A DNA stretch of 64,000 nt from Saprospiraceae bacterium UBA1994 (GCA_002335865.1 DDCY01000030.1:183-64182); one strand, 5' to 3'. Shown: positions 1-10,201, counted from the first letter of the stretch. The notes: generated from the letters alone by a model not told the origin. Numbers and translations are program-made.

Positions 1-1
1 A

Positions 2-703
2 TTATCAGTTAATGCATATTGGCATAGTAGCACATTACTCAATATCAAGATGGCAGCGAAGTATTTTCCTACTATTGAACGTGTATTGGCAGAAGAAGGT
101 GTTCCTGATGATTTTAAATATCTAGCTGTAGCCGAGAGCAACCTAAGAAATGTACGCTCTGGTGCAGAAGCAAAGGGATTTTGGCAATTCAGAAAACTAA
201 CTGGTAAAGAATGGAAGCTAGAGATCAATAATGAGATCGATGAAAGATATCATATAGAGAAGTCTACACGAGCAGCTTGTAAATATCTCAAGCATATGAA
301 AAAGAAATTTGGAACCTGGAGCAATGCAGCGGCAGCATACAATGTAGGACCTACAAGTTTTAATAAACAACGTGAAGCACAAGGAGAAGAAAGCTTTTAT
401 AATATGAATATCAATGCCGAAACTAGTAGATATTTGTTTAGAATTATAGCTATAAAAGAAATCATGACTAATCCGCAGGTATATGGATTCTATCTTGATT
501 CTACGGACAAGTATGCTTTACAAGATCAAGTTGAATACATCACTGTAAGAAGTTCTATCCCAAACCTTAGTAAATGGGCTCATGATAAAGGTATAAGCTA
601 TCGAACGCTTAAGTATTTTAATCCTTGGCTTATAGCCGGTGAACTTACCGTTAAGAGGAATACATATAAGATTGCTATTCCGCATAATAAGACTTTTTAT
701 TAA
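2..703 (+). CDS. Lytic transglycosylase (SLT/MltD-like) with LysM-like C-terminal segment; 5' end probably lies outside the window
   Basis: The reading frame is open from base 2, with no stop before the ATG at 50. 'VAESNLRNVRSGAEAKGFWQF' and 'AAAYNVGP' resemble family-1 SLT catalytic motifs. The C-terminal 'ISYRTLKYFNPWLIAGELTVKRNTYKIAIP' is LysM-like. Confidence 0.7.
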   Translation, partial: LSVNAYWHSSTLLNIKMAAKYFPTIERVLAEEGVPDDFKYLAVAESNLRNVRSGAEAKGFWQFRKLTGKEWKLEINNEIDERYHIEKSTRAACKYLKHMKKKFGTWSNAAAAYNVGPTSFNKQREAQGEESFYNMNINAETSRYLFRIIAIKEIMTNPQVYGFYLDSTDKYALQDQVEYITVRSSIPNLSKWAHDKGISYRTLKYFNPWLIAGELTVKRNTYKIAIPHNKTFY

Positions 704-835
704 TACTATAAGATAGTCGATATTGAGTAGAGTTTTCTTCTTTACCTGTACATTTATTTTTAAGAAATATTTTTCAAATGCAACATTGTTGCAAAATAGT
801 ATATACATTTGTGCAAACAAAAAAATATATTTGTT

Positions 836-1387
836 ATGAAGATTAATTATTTTTTATTTTTGGCCTTGCCACTATTATTGACGTCTTGTGATAAAGACGA
901 TCCTGTTATTCCCAATGAGGAGGAATTAATAACAACTGTCAATTATACTCTCACTTCTTCTGATGGGCAGGACGTTGTATTATTGAGCTTTGTAGACCTT
1001 GACGGTGATGGTGAAAATCAACCCACAATAATGGGTGGTACTTTATCGGCTAATACGGTTTATACTGGTAGTATAGAATTACTGAATGAGGCAGAATCTC
1101 CGGCTGAGGATATTACTGAAGAGGTACAAGAGGAAGACGATGAACATCAGTTCTTTTTTCAAAGTACTATATCTGAACTCGTTGTATCCTATACAGATCA
1201 AGATGGAGATGGGAATCCCGTTGGTCTGAATACAAGCATTACTACAGGAGCACCAGATTCAGGTAATTTGACTGTAACACTTAGGCACGAACCTGTGAAA
1301 GATGCAGCTGGAGTTTCTGCTGGAGATATAACTAATGCTCAGGGTGAAACAGATATAGAAGTTACATTTCCAATAGATGTTCAATAA
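836..1387 (+). CDS. Small acidic lipoprotein of unknown function, translationally coupled to the downstream TonB-dependent receptor
   Basis: Starting at ATG 836 gives MKINYFLFLALPLLLTSC|DKDD, a signal peptide plus lipobox Cys. It has two DxDGDG-like acidic stretches (DLDGDGENQP, DQDGDGNP). Its stop overlaps the receptor start by 11 nt. Confidence 0.6.
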   Translation: MKINYFLFLALPLLLTSCDKDDPVIPNEEELITTVNYTLTSSDGQDVVLLSFVDLDGDGENQPTIMGGTLSANTVYTGSIELLNEAESPAEDITEEVQEEDDEHQFFFQSTISELVVSYTDQDGDGNPVGLNTSITTGAPDSGNLTVTLRHEPVKDAAGVSAGDITNAQGETDIEVTFPIDVQ

Positions 1388-3710
1388 TATACTAAAGTAT
1401 ATAATTATAATATTTTTTTTTCTTTGTAATACTATATTACTAGCACAAGATTGTAGTATATCTATTCAAGGAAGAGTTGTGGATGAAGTCTCTCAATTGC
1501 CTTTGTCCTATGTAAATGTGTATTTACAAGAAACATCGCAAGGAGCGGCCACTGATAACGATGGCCGCTTTTTTTTTAAAAATGTATGTGTTGGTCATTA
1601 TCACATTATTTTTTCCCATATCGGCTGTGAAGATTCTAAGCTACATATAGATCTAGAGCGAGATACTGTGATAAATGTTGATCTGGATCATTCTGACCAT
1701 TCATTGGGTACAGTAGTGATACAAGGCCCAAAAGATAACGTAAGTATACAGCCTAATCTTTCTGTCAACCGTAAAAAGATAGAAGATAGTAGTAACCAAA
1801 ATCTTGCTGGATTAATTGAAAATGAAGCAGGCGTCCATCTTATTAAAAATGGAAGTGGTATTTCCAAACCTGTAGTGCAAGGTCTCTTTGGAAATAGACT
1901 TACCATACTCAATAATGGTATAGCCCAAAGCGGACAGCAATGGGGAAATGATCATAGCCCTGAGATTGATCCTTTCGCTGCAGATAATATCACCATACTC
2001 AAAGGTGCAAGTGCATTAGAATATAACGGAGGTAATTTGGGCAGTGTTATACTAGTGGAACCGAAGCGAATCACAAGGGAACCCCATTTACATGGTCAAG
2101 TAAATTATTCATACGAATCGAATGGAAGAGGTAATAATGCCAATTTTAGACTAGAAAAATATTCACGAAAAATTGCTTGGAGAATTAATGGGACTCTTAG
2201 GAAGTATGGTGATAGAAAAACAACTAATTATTATCTTAATAATACGGGATTACAAGAGGCTAATTTTTCTATTCAATTAGAAAAGGAATGGAATGAAAAG
2301 ATTTTTGTTGATCTCTACGCCAGCTCATTCAACAGTAGATTAGGTGTACTTCGGGGTTCACATATTGCTCTTCCTGAAGAAATAGAACAAGCATTTACAT
2401 TGTTAGAACCGTTTTATACTGAACCCAATTTTAGTTATGGAGTAGATGCTCCTAAACAACATGTATCTCATCAGCTTATTAAGCTCAAAGCAAAATATTA
2501 TCAGAACGAAACATCGGTATTAGAATTTATAATTGCTGGGCAACTAAATGATAGAAAAGAGTTTGATATCCGCAGAAGTGGGAGATCAGATATTCCAGCT
2601 CTCAGTCTTAAACAATATACCGTAAATGTAGATCTTACTTATGCTAAAATACTAGGCGATAATTGGAATTTTAAAATTGGAAATCAATGTATAGTCACGG
2701 ACAACACCAATAATCCAACAGGTATATTGCCTTTGATTCCAGATTATTTATCATGGGAAAATGGAATTTTCGCTACTATATCTAAGAAGATCAATGTAGT
2801 GCAATTTAAGTCAGGAATTAGATATGATTTTGAAAGACAAGAGGCACTTACGATAACAAATACTTTACCTAAAGAAATACTTAGGTATAAGAATAATTTT
2901 CAGAATATTAGTGGTTTACTAGCTTGGGAAGTGGATATCTTGGATCACCAGTCTATTAGTATATATTCAGGACTATCAATGCGAAATCCTGAAGTCAATG
3001 AACTTTACAGTAATGGGGTACATCAAGGTGTAAGCGGAATAGAGGAAGGTGATGTCAATCTAGAATCAGAGATAGCCCTCAAAAATATATTAGAATACAA
3101 ATGGTTGCCTAGTCCATCTTTTTCCTTGAGTACTTTAGCATACCACCAAAGATTCAAGGACTATATATTCCTCAATCCTCAGGATGAAATTAGACCAACA
3201 ATCAGAGGCTCTTTTCCAGTGTTTAAATATGAACAAACAGATGCTTCGATTTATGGGGTTGATTTTTCTAGTCAATTTACGATAAGTAATTTAATCATTG
3301 GTCAAGTAAAATATAGTTATTTGAGAGGTGACGATACAAAAAATGATGTTCCACTAATTTATATGCCTCCTAGTAGTGTTTTTGGTAGCCTTACATATAG
3401 AACACTGAATCCCATTAACTTATCTTCTAAGATTACTTTGGACGAATTCGAAATTGAGCTGAACAATAGAATGGTATTTGAACAAATTCATATTTTAGCC
3501 GAGCAGGATTTTATAGCTCCGCCAGCTGGATATAATCTTGTAGGACTTAAAGTTTCGACAAATATGTTGACACCAAGTTACAAGGTTAGATTATTTGTCA
3601 AAGCTGACAATTTACTCAATGCGCAATATCGAGACTATCTTAATAGGCAAAGATATTTTGCTGACGATGTGGGGATTAGTATTACTATGGGTATCAACTT
3701 TAAATTTTAG
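1377..3710 (+). CDS. TonB-dependent outer-membrane receptor with N-terminal carboxypeptidase-regulatory-like domain
   Basis: It has a signal peptide (IIIIFFFLCNTILLAQ) and a CarboxypepD_reg-like segment (ISIQGRVVDE...DGRFFFKNVCVGHYHIIFSHIGCE). A plug-like region follows, then a long beta-rich barrel ending in the typical aromatic terminus ...GINFKF. Confidence 0.85.
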   Translation: MFNNILKYIIIIFFFLCNTILLAQDCSISIQGRVVDEVSQLPLSYVNVYLQETSQGAATDNDGRFFFKNVCVGHYHIIFSHIGCEDSKLHIDLERDTVINVDLDHSDHSLGTVVIQGPKDNVSIQPNLSVNRKKIEDSSNQNLAGLIENEAGVHLIKNGSGISKPVVQGLFGNRLTILNNGIAQSGQQWGNDHSPEIDPFAADNITILKGASALEYNGGNLGSVILVEPKRITREPHLHGQVNYSYESNGRGNNANFRLEKYSRKIAWRINGTLRKYGDRKTTNYYLNNTGLQEANFSIQLEKEWNEKIFVDLYASSFNSRLGVLRGSHIALPEEIEQAFTLLEPFYTEPNFSYGVDAPKQHVSHQLIKLKAKYYQNETSVLEFIIAGQLNDRKEFDIRRSGRSDIPALSLKQYTVNVDLTYAKILGDNWNFKIGNQCIVTDNTNNPTGILPLIPDYLSWENGIFATISKKINVVQFKSGIRYDFERQEALTITNTLPKEILRYKNNFQNISGLLAWEVDILDHQSISIYSGLSMRNPEVNELYSNGVHQGVSGIEEGDVNLESEIALKNILEYKWLPSPSFSLSTLAYHQRFKDYIFLNPQDEIRPTIRGSFPVFKYEQTDASIYGVDFSSQFTISNLIIGQVKYSYLRGDDTKNDVPLIYMPPSSVFGSLTYRTLNPINLSSKITLDEFEIELNNRMVFEQIHILAEQDFIAPPAGYNLVGLKVSTNMLTPSYKVRLFVKADNLLNAQYRDYLNRQRYFADDVGISITMGINFKF

Positions 3711-4103
3711 ATACTTTATTTGGCTTATTATATTAGGGAATTAATTTGGAAGACTTGTTTTCAAATTGGCAACTCTTCTGTGAATGGTATAAAGAAACAT
3801 AATAAACAAACTCTCAATAACATTTATTGGATAATTTCACTTATCTATTAAAGGGAATTTATTTAATCACTTCTTTGAGTCATTTTTTCAAAGATAACAA
3901 CTATGAAAATGTATTATTTTTATTTTCATGACTTTTTCATTGGTATCATGTTATACCACTACTAGCTTTGCTTCTAAATTGCTAAAATAATTTAATTGTA
4001 AATATTACTTTTTTTGAAGTAAGTAATATCAGTAAAAATCTGTTCTAATCCGCTCAATCCGTATTCCCACTAAAATCAAGCTTAGAGAATTTGCAATTCG
4101 TAA

Positions 4104-5597
4104 TTAGTTATAAACCTTTTTGTATTTCTTTTTAGCATAGTCCATGAAGTATTTTATATTGAGTGGTTCGCCAGTGATCATTTCGCATAGCTCTTCTGCT
4201 TCATATCTACGACCATGTCGGTGTACTTTCTCTCTTAACCAATCTAATAGTACCATAGAATTTCCAGCGGCGATTTGCTTTTCTAGTTTTGGTATTTCTT
4301 TTTCAGCTTGAGCATATATTTGCGCGGCATAGAAGCTGCCAAGTGAGTAAGTTGGGAAATATCCAAAGCTACCGTGAGACCAATGTATATCTTGTAGAAC
4401 TCCATTGACATCATCAGTAACGTCGATATTGAGGTACTCTTTATACTTTGCATTCCATACATCTCGAAGGTTTGCTACTTCTATGGATCCTTCTATTAGT
4501 GCTTTTTCTATCTCATACCTGATAAGTACATGATAGTGATAATGCAGTTCGTCTGCCTCGGTTCTGATTAGATTGGGTTCGATTACATTGATGGCTTTGT
4601 AGAACGAGTCGACAGTTTGGTTCTTGAGTTGTTTAGGAAACATTTTTTTTGCCGTCCTGAAATGTTTATTCCAAAATGCTTTTCCTCGTGCTACATTATT
4701 TTCCCAAAGTCTTGATTGAGATTCATGAATGCTTAGACTGATTGCACTACCTGTTGGTAGACCGTAGTTTTTAATTGGCAGTCCCTGTTCATACAATGCA
4801 TGGCCACCCTCATGAATACATGACCATAACATATTGGATAGATCTTTCTCATCGATACGTGTGGTTAATCTCACGTCATTAGCAGAAAAGCTTGTCGTAA
4901 AAGGATGCGTAGATATATCCTGGCGACCACGATCAAAGTCATAGCCAATTTCATTTAGAATATATATTCCTAGATTCCATTGTATATCTTTATCATACTT
5001 TTTGTAGAGGAAGTTTTTCTTAGGTGCTTTTTTCTTGTTGATATCACTAATTAGTTTTTTCAAAGGTTTTTTCAATCCATTGAATATTTTGTCAGACTTT
5101 GCAACTGTGAGTCCTGGCTCATATTGGTCTAGTAAATTGTCATACAAATGTTCCGCATTACTATTTAGTTTCTTGGCTTCAATTCTTTTAATCTTTACTA
5201 ATACCTCTAAAGCTTCCTGATATAATACAAAGTTATTAGCTTCTCTTGCTTTTAACCATGCTTGGAAGCACTTTGATACGGCCATTGACTTTTGCATCAC
5301 AAATCTCTTTGTAAATTTTGTAGCCTTATAATAATCCTTCAGCGTTACTGTTACGTTTTTCTTCTTGTCATCATCTATATTCTTTTGATTATTGAGTCTC
5401 TCAAGTAAATTGCCAAATCCAGGATTTGTAAATTCTTCATGCACTATTCCGGATAAAGTAGCAATCTGTTGAGATCTCATAGCAGCACTCTTCTTAGGTA
5501 GATATGTTTCTTTATCCCAATTGAGTACGGCAATCGAGTGACTAATGTCTGCGATTTTTCTCATTTGCTCTACATACTTGTCGTAGTTGGTAGCCAT
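4104..5597 (-). CDS. M32 family carboxypeptidase (carboxypeptidase Taq-like)
   Basis: The M32 signature motifs are all present: ISTHPFTTSF (HPF), IHEGGHALYEQG (HExxH), IHESQSRLWEN (HESQ), IRTEADELHY (IRxxADE). Confidence 0.9.
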   Translation of the reverse strand: MATNYDKYVEQMRKIADISHSIAVLNWDKETYLPKKSAAMRSQQIATLSGIVHEEFTNPGFGNLLERLNNQKNIDDDKKKNVTVTLKDYYKATKFTKRFVMQKSMAVSKCFQAWLKAREANNFVLYQEALEVLVKIKRIEAKKLNSNAEHLYDNLLDQYEPGLTVAKSDKIFNGLKKPLKKLISDINKKKAPKKNFLYKKYDKDIQWNLGIYILNEIGYDFDRGRQDISTHPFTTSFSANDVRLTTRIDEKDLSNMLWSCIHEGGHALYEQGLPIKNYGLPTGSAISLSIHESQSRLWENNVARGKAFWNKHFRTAKKMFPKQLKNQTVDSFYKAINVIEPNLIRTEADELHYHYHVLIRYEIEKALIEGSIEVANLRDVWNAKYKEYLNIDVTDDVNGVLQDIHWSHGSFGYFPTYSLGSFYAAQIYAQAEKEIPKLEKQIAAGNSMVLLDWLREKVHRHGRRYEAEELCEMITGEPLNIKYFMDYAKKKYKKVYN

Positions 5598-5636
5598 ATT
5601 AGTTTTTATTTTTTTCTAAAGCTCAAGGAGTAAAAG

Positions 5637-6044
5637 TTAATCCGAAATATTTTGTGATGCGTATGCAGATATCATTATGGACAACCATCCAAATATAAAA
5701 CAAACTCCACCTATCGGAGTTAAAGGGCCTAGCCATTTGTAATTAGTTAGATCAATTAGTTCCCTGATACTTAGTAGGTAGAGTGACCCACTAAACATAA
5801 CTATACCGACCAGAAAAGACCAAAATCCAATTCGGACCCAATTATTGTTAGAGTATAAATATAATAAGTATGAAAAACTCATTGCAAGTAGGTGGTAGAA
5901 GTGATAATTCACTCCAGTATTGAAGGTGTTAAGCTGAGTGGCTGTAAGTTTAGGCTTGAGTCCATGAGCACCAAATGCTCCGATAGATATGGCTAACATA
6001 CCTGTTATTGCTAGGGTAGTGAGCATCCTTCTCTTGTTTCTCAT
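5637..6044 (-). CDS. DUF423 (YgdD/TMEM256-like) small membrane protein
   Basis: A 135 aa protein with four predicted TM helices and the 'GAFGAHGL' motif typical of DUF423. Confidence 0.65.
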   Translation of the reverse strand: MRNKRRMLTTLAITGMLAISIGAFGAHGLKPKLTATQLNTFNTGVNYHFYHLLAMSFSYLLYLYSNNNWVRIGFWSFLVGIVMFSGSLYLLSIRELIDLTNYKWLGPLTPIGGVCFIFGWLSIMISAYASQNISD

Positions 6045-6525
6045 AATCGGATTTCCTTTTTTCCAAATATACTATTTAAGAAATCAAAACTTGAGTGTCT
6101 AGGTATCAGTAAAGTCTTCCAATTGAGGTTGATTAATAAGTTGGTCTTACTATGTGTAATTGATAGAGTGAAAAATTAATTTCTTTAATGATTGCCTTAA
6201 TGAAGAAACCTCTATGGATCTATTTTTAGAGTATTGTGATGTTACACTCAAATTCATTCATTACATTTTTTTTTAAAGAATATAATTTATATCATTTTAT
6301 ACAATTCGCACTATCAATATGTTAAGTCAATATATTCACATAACATTAGCAATCAATAGGTTACGTATGCTACAAAATAAAAATATATGTAGGTTTTATA
6401 CCTTGTTATACAACCATATATAGTATTTTTGAAACAGTCTTACTCTACCCCAAATAGGGTGTGACACCGAAACCGATTTATGTAGAGCGACCTAAAATGC
6501 TCTATCAACTCAAACTGGTCCAAAA

Positions 6526-6999
6526 ATGGAATTGAATAAGACCATTACTTTGCGTGGGACGTTAAAGTCCAATTATTATGAGCATATTTTGCTAATAGTT
6601 GTAGCTAGCATAGGTTTAGCTGGATCTCTATTTGTGTTTAGTGAATGTCCTGATGCCAAAGTATCTTCGGTGCACACAGGCTCTATCAATCAATCAGCAG
6701 TTCTGACAACCAACAATTCTCTCAAGTCAATTGAGCAATGGGTAAACATTAGCGGAGAGGCTAAGGCACAACAAAAATTAAACTTTGATTGGACGGCTCG
6801 TAATTCTAATTCTCGGTATGTGCTAGATATGGGCAATGGAGAGCGTGTTATGCTTAGAGGCGGCTCTTTTGAATATTCATACACCGAAGGAGGAAACTAT
6901 ACCTTAGAGTTAAAAGAAATTACCAACGATCTCATTTCTACAATAGGAACATACGATCTTGTTATCGAAAGCGATAATACTTTGGCCACTTCAAAGTAA
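6526..6999 (+). CDS. Hypothetical membrane-anchored protein with PKD-like C-terminal segment
   Basis: It has one N-terminal hydrophobic anchor (ILLIVVASIGLAGSLFVF). The C-terminal 'NFDWTARNS..YVLDMGNGERV...YSYTEGGNYTLELKE' resembles a PKD repeat. Confidence 0.45.
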   Translation: MELNKTITLRGTLKSNYYEHILLIVVASIGLAGSLFVFSECPDAKVSSVHTGSINQSAVLTTNNSLKSIEQWVNISGEAKAQQKLNFDWTARNSNSRYVLDMGNGERVMLRGGSFEYSYTEGGNYTLELKEITNDLISTIGTYDLVIESDNTLATSK

Positions 7000-7183
7000 T
7001 ATAATAACAAGGTATACTTCAATTTAGGTACGTATATTTATAAAATGACAATTTTGTCTATCAATATCCGAAAGACTATCTATGTCTGTCTGTTCACTTC
7101 GATCCAAGGCTTGAAAGATTTTGTAAGAATCATATTGAAATTTAAACTGTCTTTTAGTCTGTATCTACTCATACTTTTGCGAT

Positions 7184-7885
7184 ATGATCATCCATTATAC
7201 CAAGGATATTAATCTAAACCATAATACAATTACCCTGACAGGTGACGAAGCACAACATTGTGCCAAGGTTTTACGTAAGCGTATGGGCGAAGACATCTAT
7301 GTGACTGATGGCGAAGGAGCTTTACATTCATGCAAGATAATTGAGATTAGTAAAACTGAATGTAAAGCTGAGATTTTTAACACATTGCAGCAATCCAAAC
7401 GACTATATGACCTCACCATATCTATCTGTCCTACCAAGAAGCAAAGTCGAATAGAATGGTTCCTAGAAAAGGCAGTAGAGATAGGTGTCAGTAGAATTAT
7501 ACTTACTCAAACACAGCGTACAGAAAAGTCACGCCTCAAAGAAGTTAGATTACATAAGATTGTTGTAGCAGCAATGAAGCAGTCCAAAAATCTGTATCTT
7601 CCACAGGTCATCACAAATCAAAACTGGAACGATCTAATTCAATGTAATGACTACGGAGACAAATACATTGCACATTGCGAAGATCCAAAGACTCATCTTG
7701 CTAAGATCTGTGGTCCAGCGCAAGACTGTATAGTGGCGATTGGCCCCGAAGGTGACTTTACTACTCAAGAAATTAAGTTAGCTCTTGAATTAGGCTGGAA
7801 AGAGATCAACTTGGGTAGCTCGAGATTGCGTACAGAGACTGCAGGAGTAGTGGTGGCAAGTGTGTTGGCTCAAATAAATATGTAG
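7184..7885 (+). CDS. rsmE: 16S rRNA (uracil1498-N3)-methyltransferase RsmE
   Basis: The length of 233 aa fits, and the SPOUT knot motifs 'VAIGPEGDFTTQE' and 'LGSSRLRTETAG' sit at the C-terminus. Confidence 0.85.
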   Translation: MIIHYTKDINLNHNTITLTGDEAQHCAKVLRKRMGEDIYVTDGEGALHSCKIIEISKTECKAEIFNTLQQSKRLYDLTISICPTKKQSRIEWFLEKAVEIGVSRIILTQTQRTEKSRLKEVRLHKIVVAAMKQSKNLYLPQVITNQNWNDLIQCNDYGDKYIAHCEDPKTHLAKICGPAQDCIVAIGPEGDFTTQEIKLALELGWKEINLGSSRLRTETAGVVVASVLAQINM

Positions 7886-8334
7886 AGTTGCTTTTGGCTT
7901 CAAGAAGCAGGGAATAAATAAAATTTAGCTTTCCTAATTAAAAATCATTTTATTTTCCAGTTATACCAAGTAATATTTGTCCAAGTAGCGCATGTTATCA
8001 GCTATGCAAAGTTTGTATCTAAATCATGAGTTTCCTACTATGCATTAGTTGAATCTCATACGCACATAAACGTATTATTTCTGGCTTCCATTCTCGCTTA
8101 AATCACGTACATTCGCCAATTATTGAAAATTATATCTAATCGCTTAGCTATACTAATAACGTTAGGCATAGGATAGAAATTAGGCTATACCGAAATAGCC
8201 GTATTTAATAGACTAGTAACGATTACTGTTGAAATAGGAGTATTTCTACTCGTTAGTTTCAATATGTATCGGCATTATACCAGAATAATTAGTGCAATTT
8301 TGCAGCAGAATTGGTATAATAGACAATAAATTAT

Positions 8335-9675
8335 ATGGGCGTTCTTAGTATTGTTTTACAGCTGATTTTAAGCTTATCTATATTAGTTGTGCTACATGAG
8401 TGTGGACATTTTTTTCCAGCAAAATGGTTTAAGACGAGAGTAGAGAAATTCTATTTATTCTTTAATCCTTATTTCTCACTGTTCAAAATACAGAAGGGTG
8501 AGACCGAGTACGGTATTGGATGGGTGCCATTTGGCGGATATGTAAAGATTTCCGGTATGATCGATGAGAGCATGGATACTGAGCAAATGGCGGGAGAACC
8601 TCAACCATGGGAGTTTAGATCTAAGCCAGCATGGCAGAGACTAATCATTATGGTCGGTGGAGTATTGGTCAATTTTGTATTGGGTTTTCTCATATTCGCG
8701 GGTATGTTATGGCATTGGGGGGAGTCATATATACCATCGATCAATGTAACAGATGGTATATTTATTACCGATTCATTGGGTTACGAGATAGGATTGCAGA
8801 ATGGAGATAAGATTATTCAAGTAGGAGATGTACCTTTTGAGAAATTTAATCCTGGTGCGTTCAATATGGGGATCATTATCAATGATGCTAGGTCATATGT
8901 GGTAGAGCGTAATGGTGAGCAAGTAATACTGCCGATAGGGGAGCAATACACTAAAATTCTCACTAAGAAATATAAGAAAAAGACTTTGTTTACAGCAAGA
9001 TTTCCTCAAAAGGTATATCAAGTTAATGATGAGAGTCCTGCCTTTACAGCCGGATTGCAAGTTGACGATGCAGTTGTACAAGTGAATAGTATTGCTACAC
9101 CTTCGTTTAAAGAGTTTGCGACAGAAATTAAAAAGTATAAAAGTGAAACAGTATCGATTCTAGTAAAGAGAGATGATCAATTAGTAACTATGAATATCAC
9201 ACCTGATGCACAGGGTATTATAGGTATGCAGAGTGCTCCAATGGCAGATTTCTATGATATTACTAATGTTAAGTATGGCTTCTTAGAGTCATTTCCTGCG
9301 GGAGTCAATAAAGGTGTTGGATTTCTAAAGGATCAGCTAAAAGCATTTGGTCAGATTGCTGACGATAGGATAGACGCTACAGATTCTTTAGGATCAATCG
9401 TGTCTATAGCACGTATGTTTGATAGTGGTTGGGATTGGCATCGATTTTGGCAGATCACAGCCATGCTGTCTATTTTACTAGGATTCTTCAATATACTACC
9501 TATACCAGCATTAGATGGTGGATATGTAATGTTTTTACTTTATGAGATTATCTCTGGTCGCAAGCCTTCAGATAAGTTTATGGAGTATGCTACCTTGTTT
9601 GGATTTATATTGATGATCTGTCTGATGATATTTGCATTAGGTTTGGATGTAACTAATATATTTAATGGAAATTAA
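8335..9675 (+). CDS. rseP: Site-2 (M50) regulated intramembrane metalloprotease RseP
   Basis: 'HECGHF' (HExxH) lies in the first TM helix. A central PDZ-like region follows, and 'FNILPIPALDGG' (LDG motif) lies in a C-terminal TM helix. Confidence 0.85.
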   Translation: MGVLSIVLQLILSLSILVVLHECGHFFPAKWFKTRVEKFYLFFNPYFSLFKIQKGETEYGIGWVPFGGYVKISGMIDESMDTEQMAGEPQPWEFRSKPAWQRLIIMVGGVLVNFVLGFLIFAGMLWHWGESYIPSINVTDGIFITDSLGYEIGLQNGDKIIQVGDVPFEKFNPGAFNMGIIINDARSYVVERNGEQVILPIGEQYTKILTKKYKKKTLFTARFPQKVYQVNDESPAFTAGLQVDDAVVQVNSIATPSFKEFATEIKKYKSETVSILVKRDDQLVTMNITPDAQGIIGMQSAPMADFYDITNVKYGFLESFPAGVNKGVGFLKDQLKAFGQIADDRIDATDSLGSIVSIARMFDSGWDWHRFWQITAMLSILLGFFNILPIPALDGGYVMFLLYEIISGRKPSDKFMEYATLFGFILMICLMIFALGLDVTNIFNGN

Positions 9676-10201
9676 TGTGAAAAATTATTTTTTATTTTAT
9701 GAAATGGAAGAGAAATTTTTCATTGATCTAGGCGAACTCAAACGTAAATACTTTAGTAAAAGTAGAGAGTTACATCCTGATTTTTATACTCAAGATGCAG
9801 AAGCAAAGCAAGAGGAAATATTAGCGTTAGCTGCTTTTAATAATGATGCTTATGAAACACTGAGGCACGATAATGAAAGAATGGAGTATATCCTCAAACA
9901 GCATGATGTTATTGGTGAAGAAGGAAAGAATAAGTTAGATCAGATGTTCCTCATGGAGATGATGGATATCAATGAAGCACTAATGGAATTACAAATGGAC
10001 TTTGATCAGTCCGCTTTTGAAAAAGTGATATCTGAGATAAAGGCGATAGAATCAGAGTTATACGGCGAGGTAGAAGTAACTATGAGAGGGTACGATCAAG
10101 ATAAAGGCGTAGGGAGCTTGGAAATCATAGCAAAGTATTATTTAAAGAAGAAATACTTGTTGCGCATCAAAGATAATTTGGATAAATTTGTTGATGTTTA
10201 G
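9665..10201 (+). CDS. J-domain co-chaperone, HscB-like
   Basis: 'NYFLFYEM..FFIDLGELKRKYFSKSRELHPDF' carries the HPD tripeptide. It is followed by 'AAFNNDAYETLRHDNERMEYIL', the HscB-type J-domain pattern, and a helical C-terminal half. The gene overlaps rseP by 11 nt. Confidence 0.5.
   Translation: MEINVKNYFLFYEMEEKFFIDLGELKRKYFSKSRELHPDFYTQDAEAKQEEILALAAFNNDAYETLRHDNERMEYILKQHDVIGEEGKNKLDQMFLMEMMDINEALMELQMDFDQSAFEKVISEIKAIESELYGEVEVTMRGYDQDKGVGSLEIIAKYYLKKKYLLRIKDNLDKFVDV
10160..10190 (+). promoter_or_regulatory. Candidate Bacteroidota sigma-A promoter for tRNA-Leu (TTG-N20-TAaaTTTG)
   Basis: TTG lies at 10160-10162 and TAAATTTG at 10183-10190, about 45 nt upstream of the tRNA 5' end. The site sits inside the 3' end of the HscB-like CDS. 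Confidence 0.35.

Noticed and set aside
809-835. The ORF-track start (809) for the lipoprotein gene.
   Set aside because: The extra nine residues (MCKQKNIFV) precede a perfect signal peptide and lipobox beginning at ATG 836, and they overlap the candidate promoter. The start at 836 is preferred.
4002-4029. An AT-rich 9-bp hairpin (ATATTACTT/AAGTAATAT) between the convergent TonB receptor and M32 carboxypeptidase genes, considered as a bidirectional terminator.
   Set aside because: There is no U-tract on either strand, the stem is very weak and all A/T, and it can pair in alternative registers. Support is insufficient.
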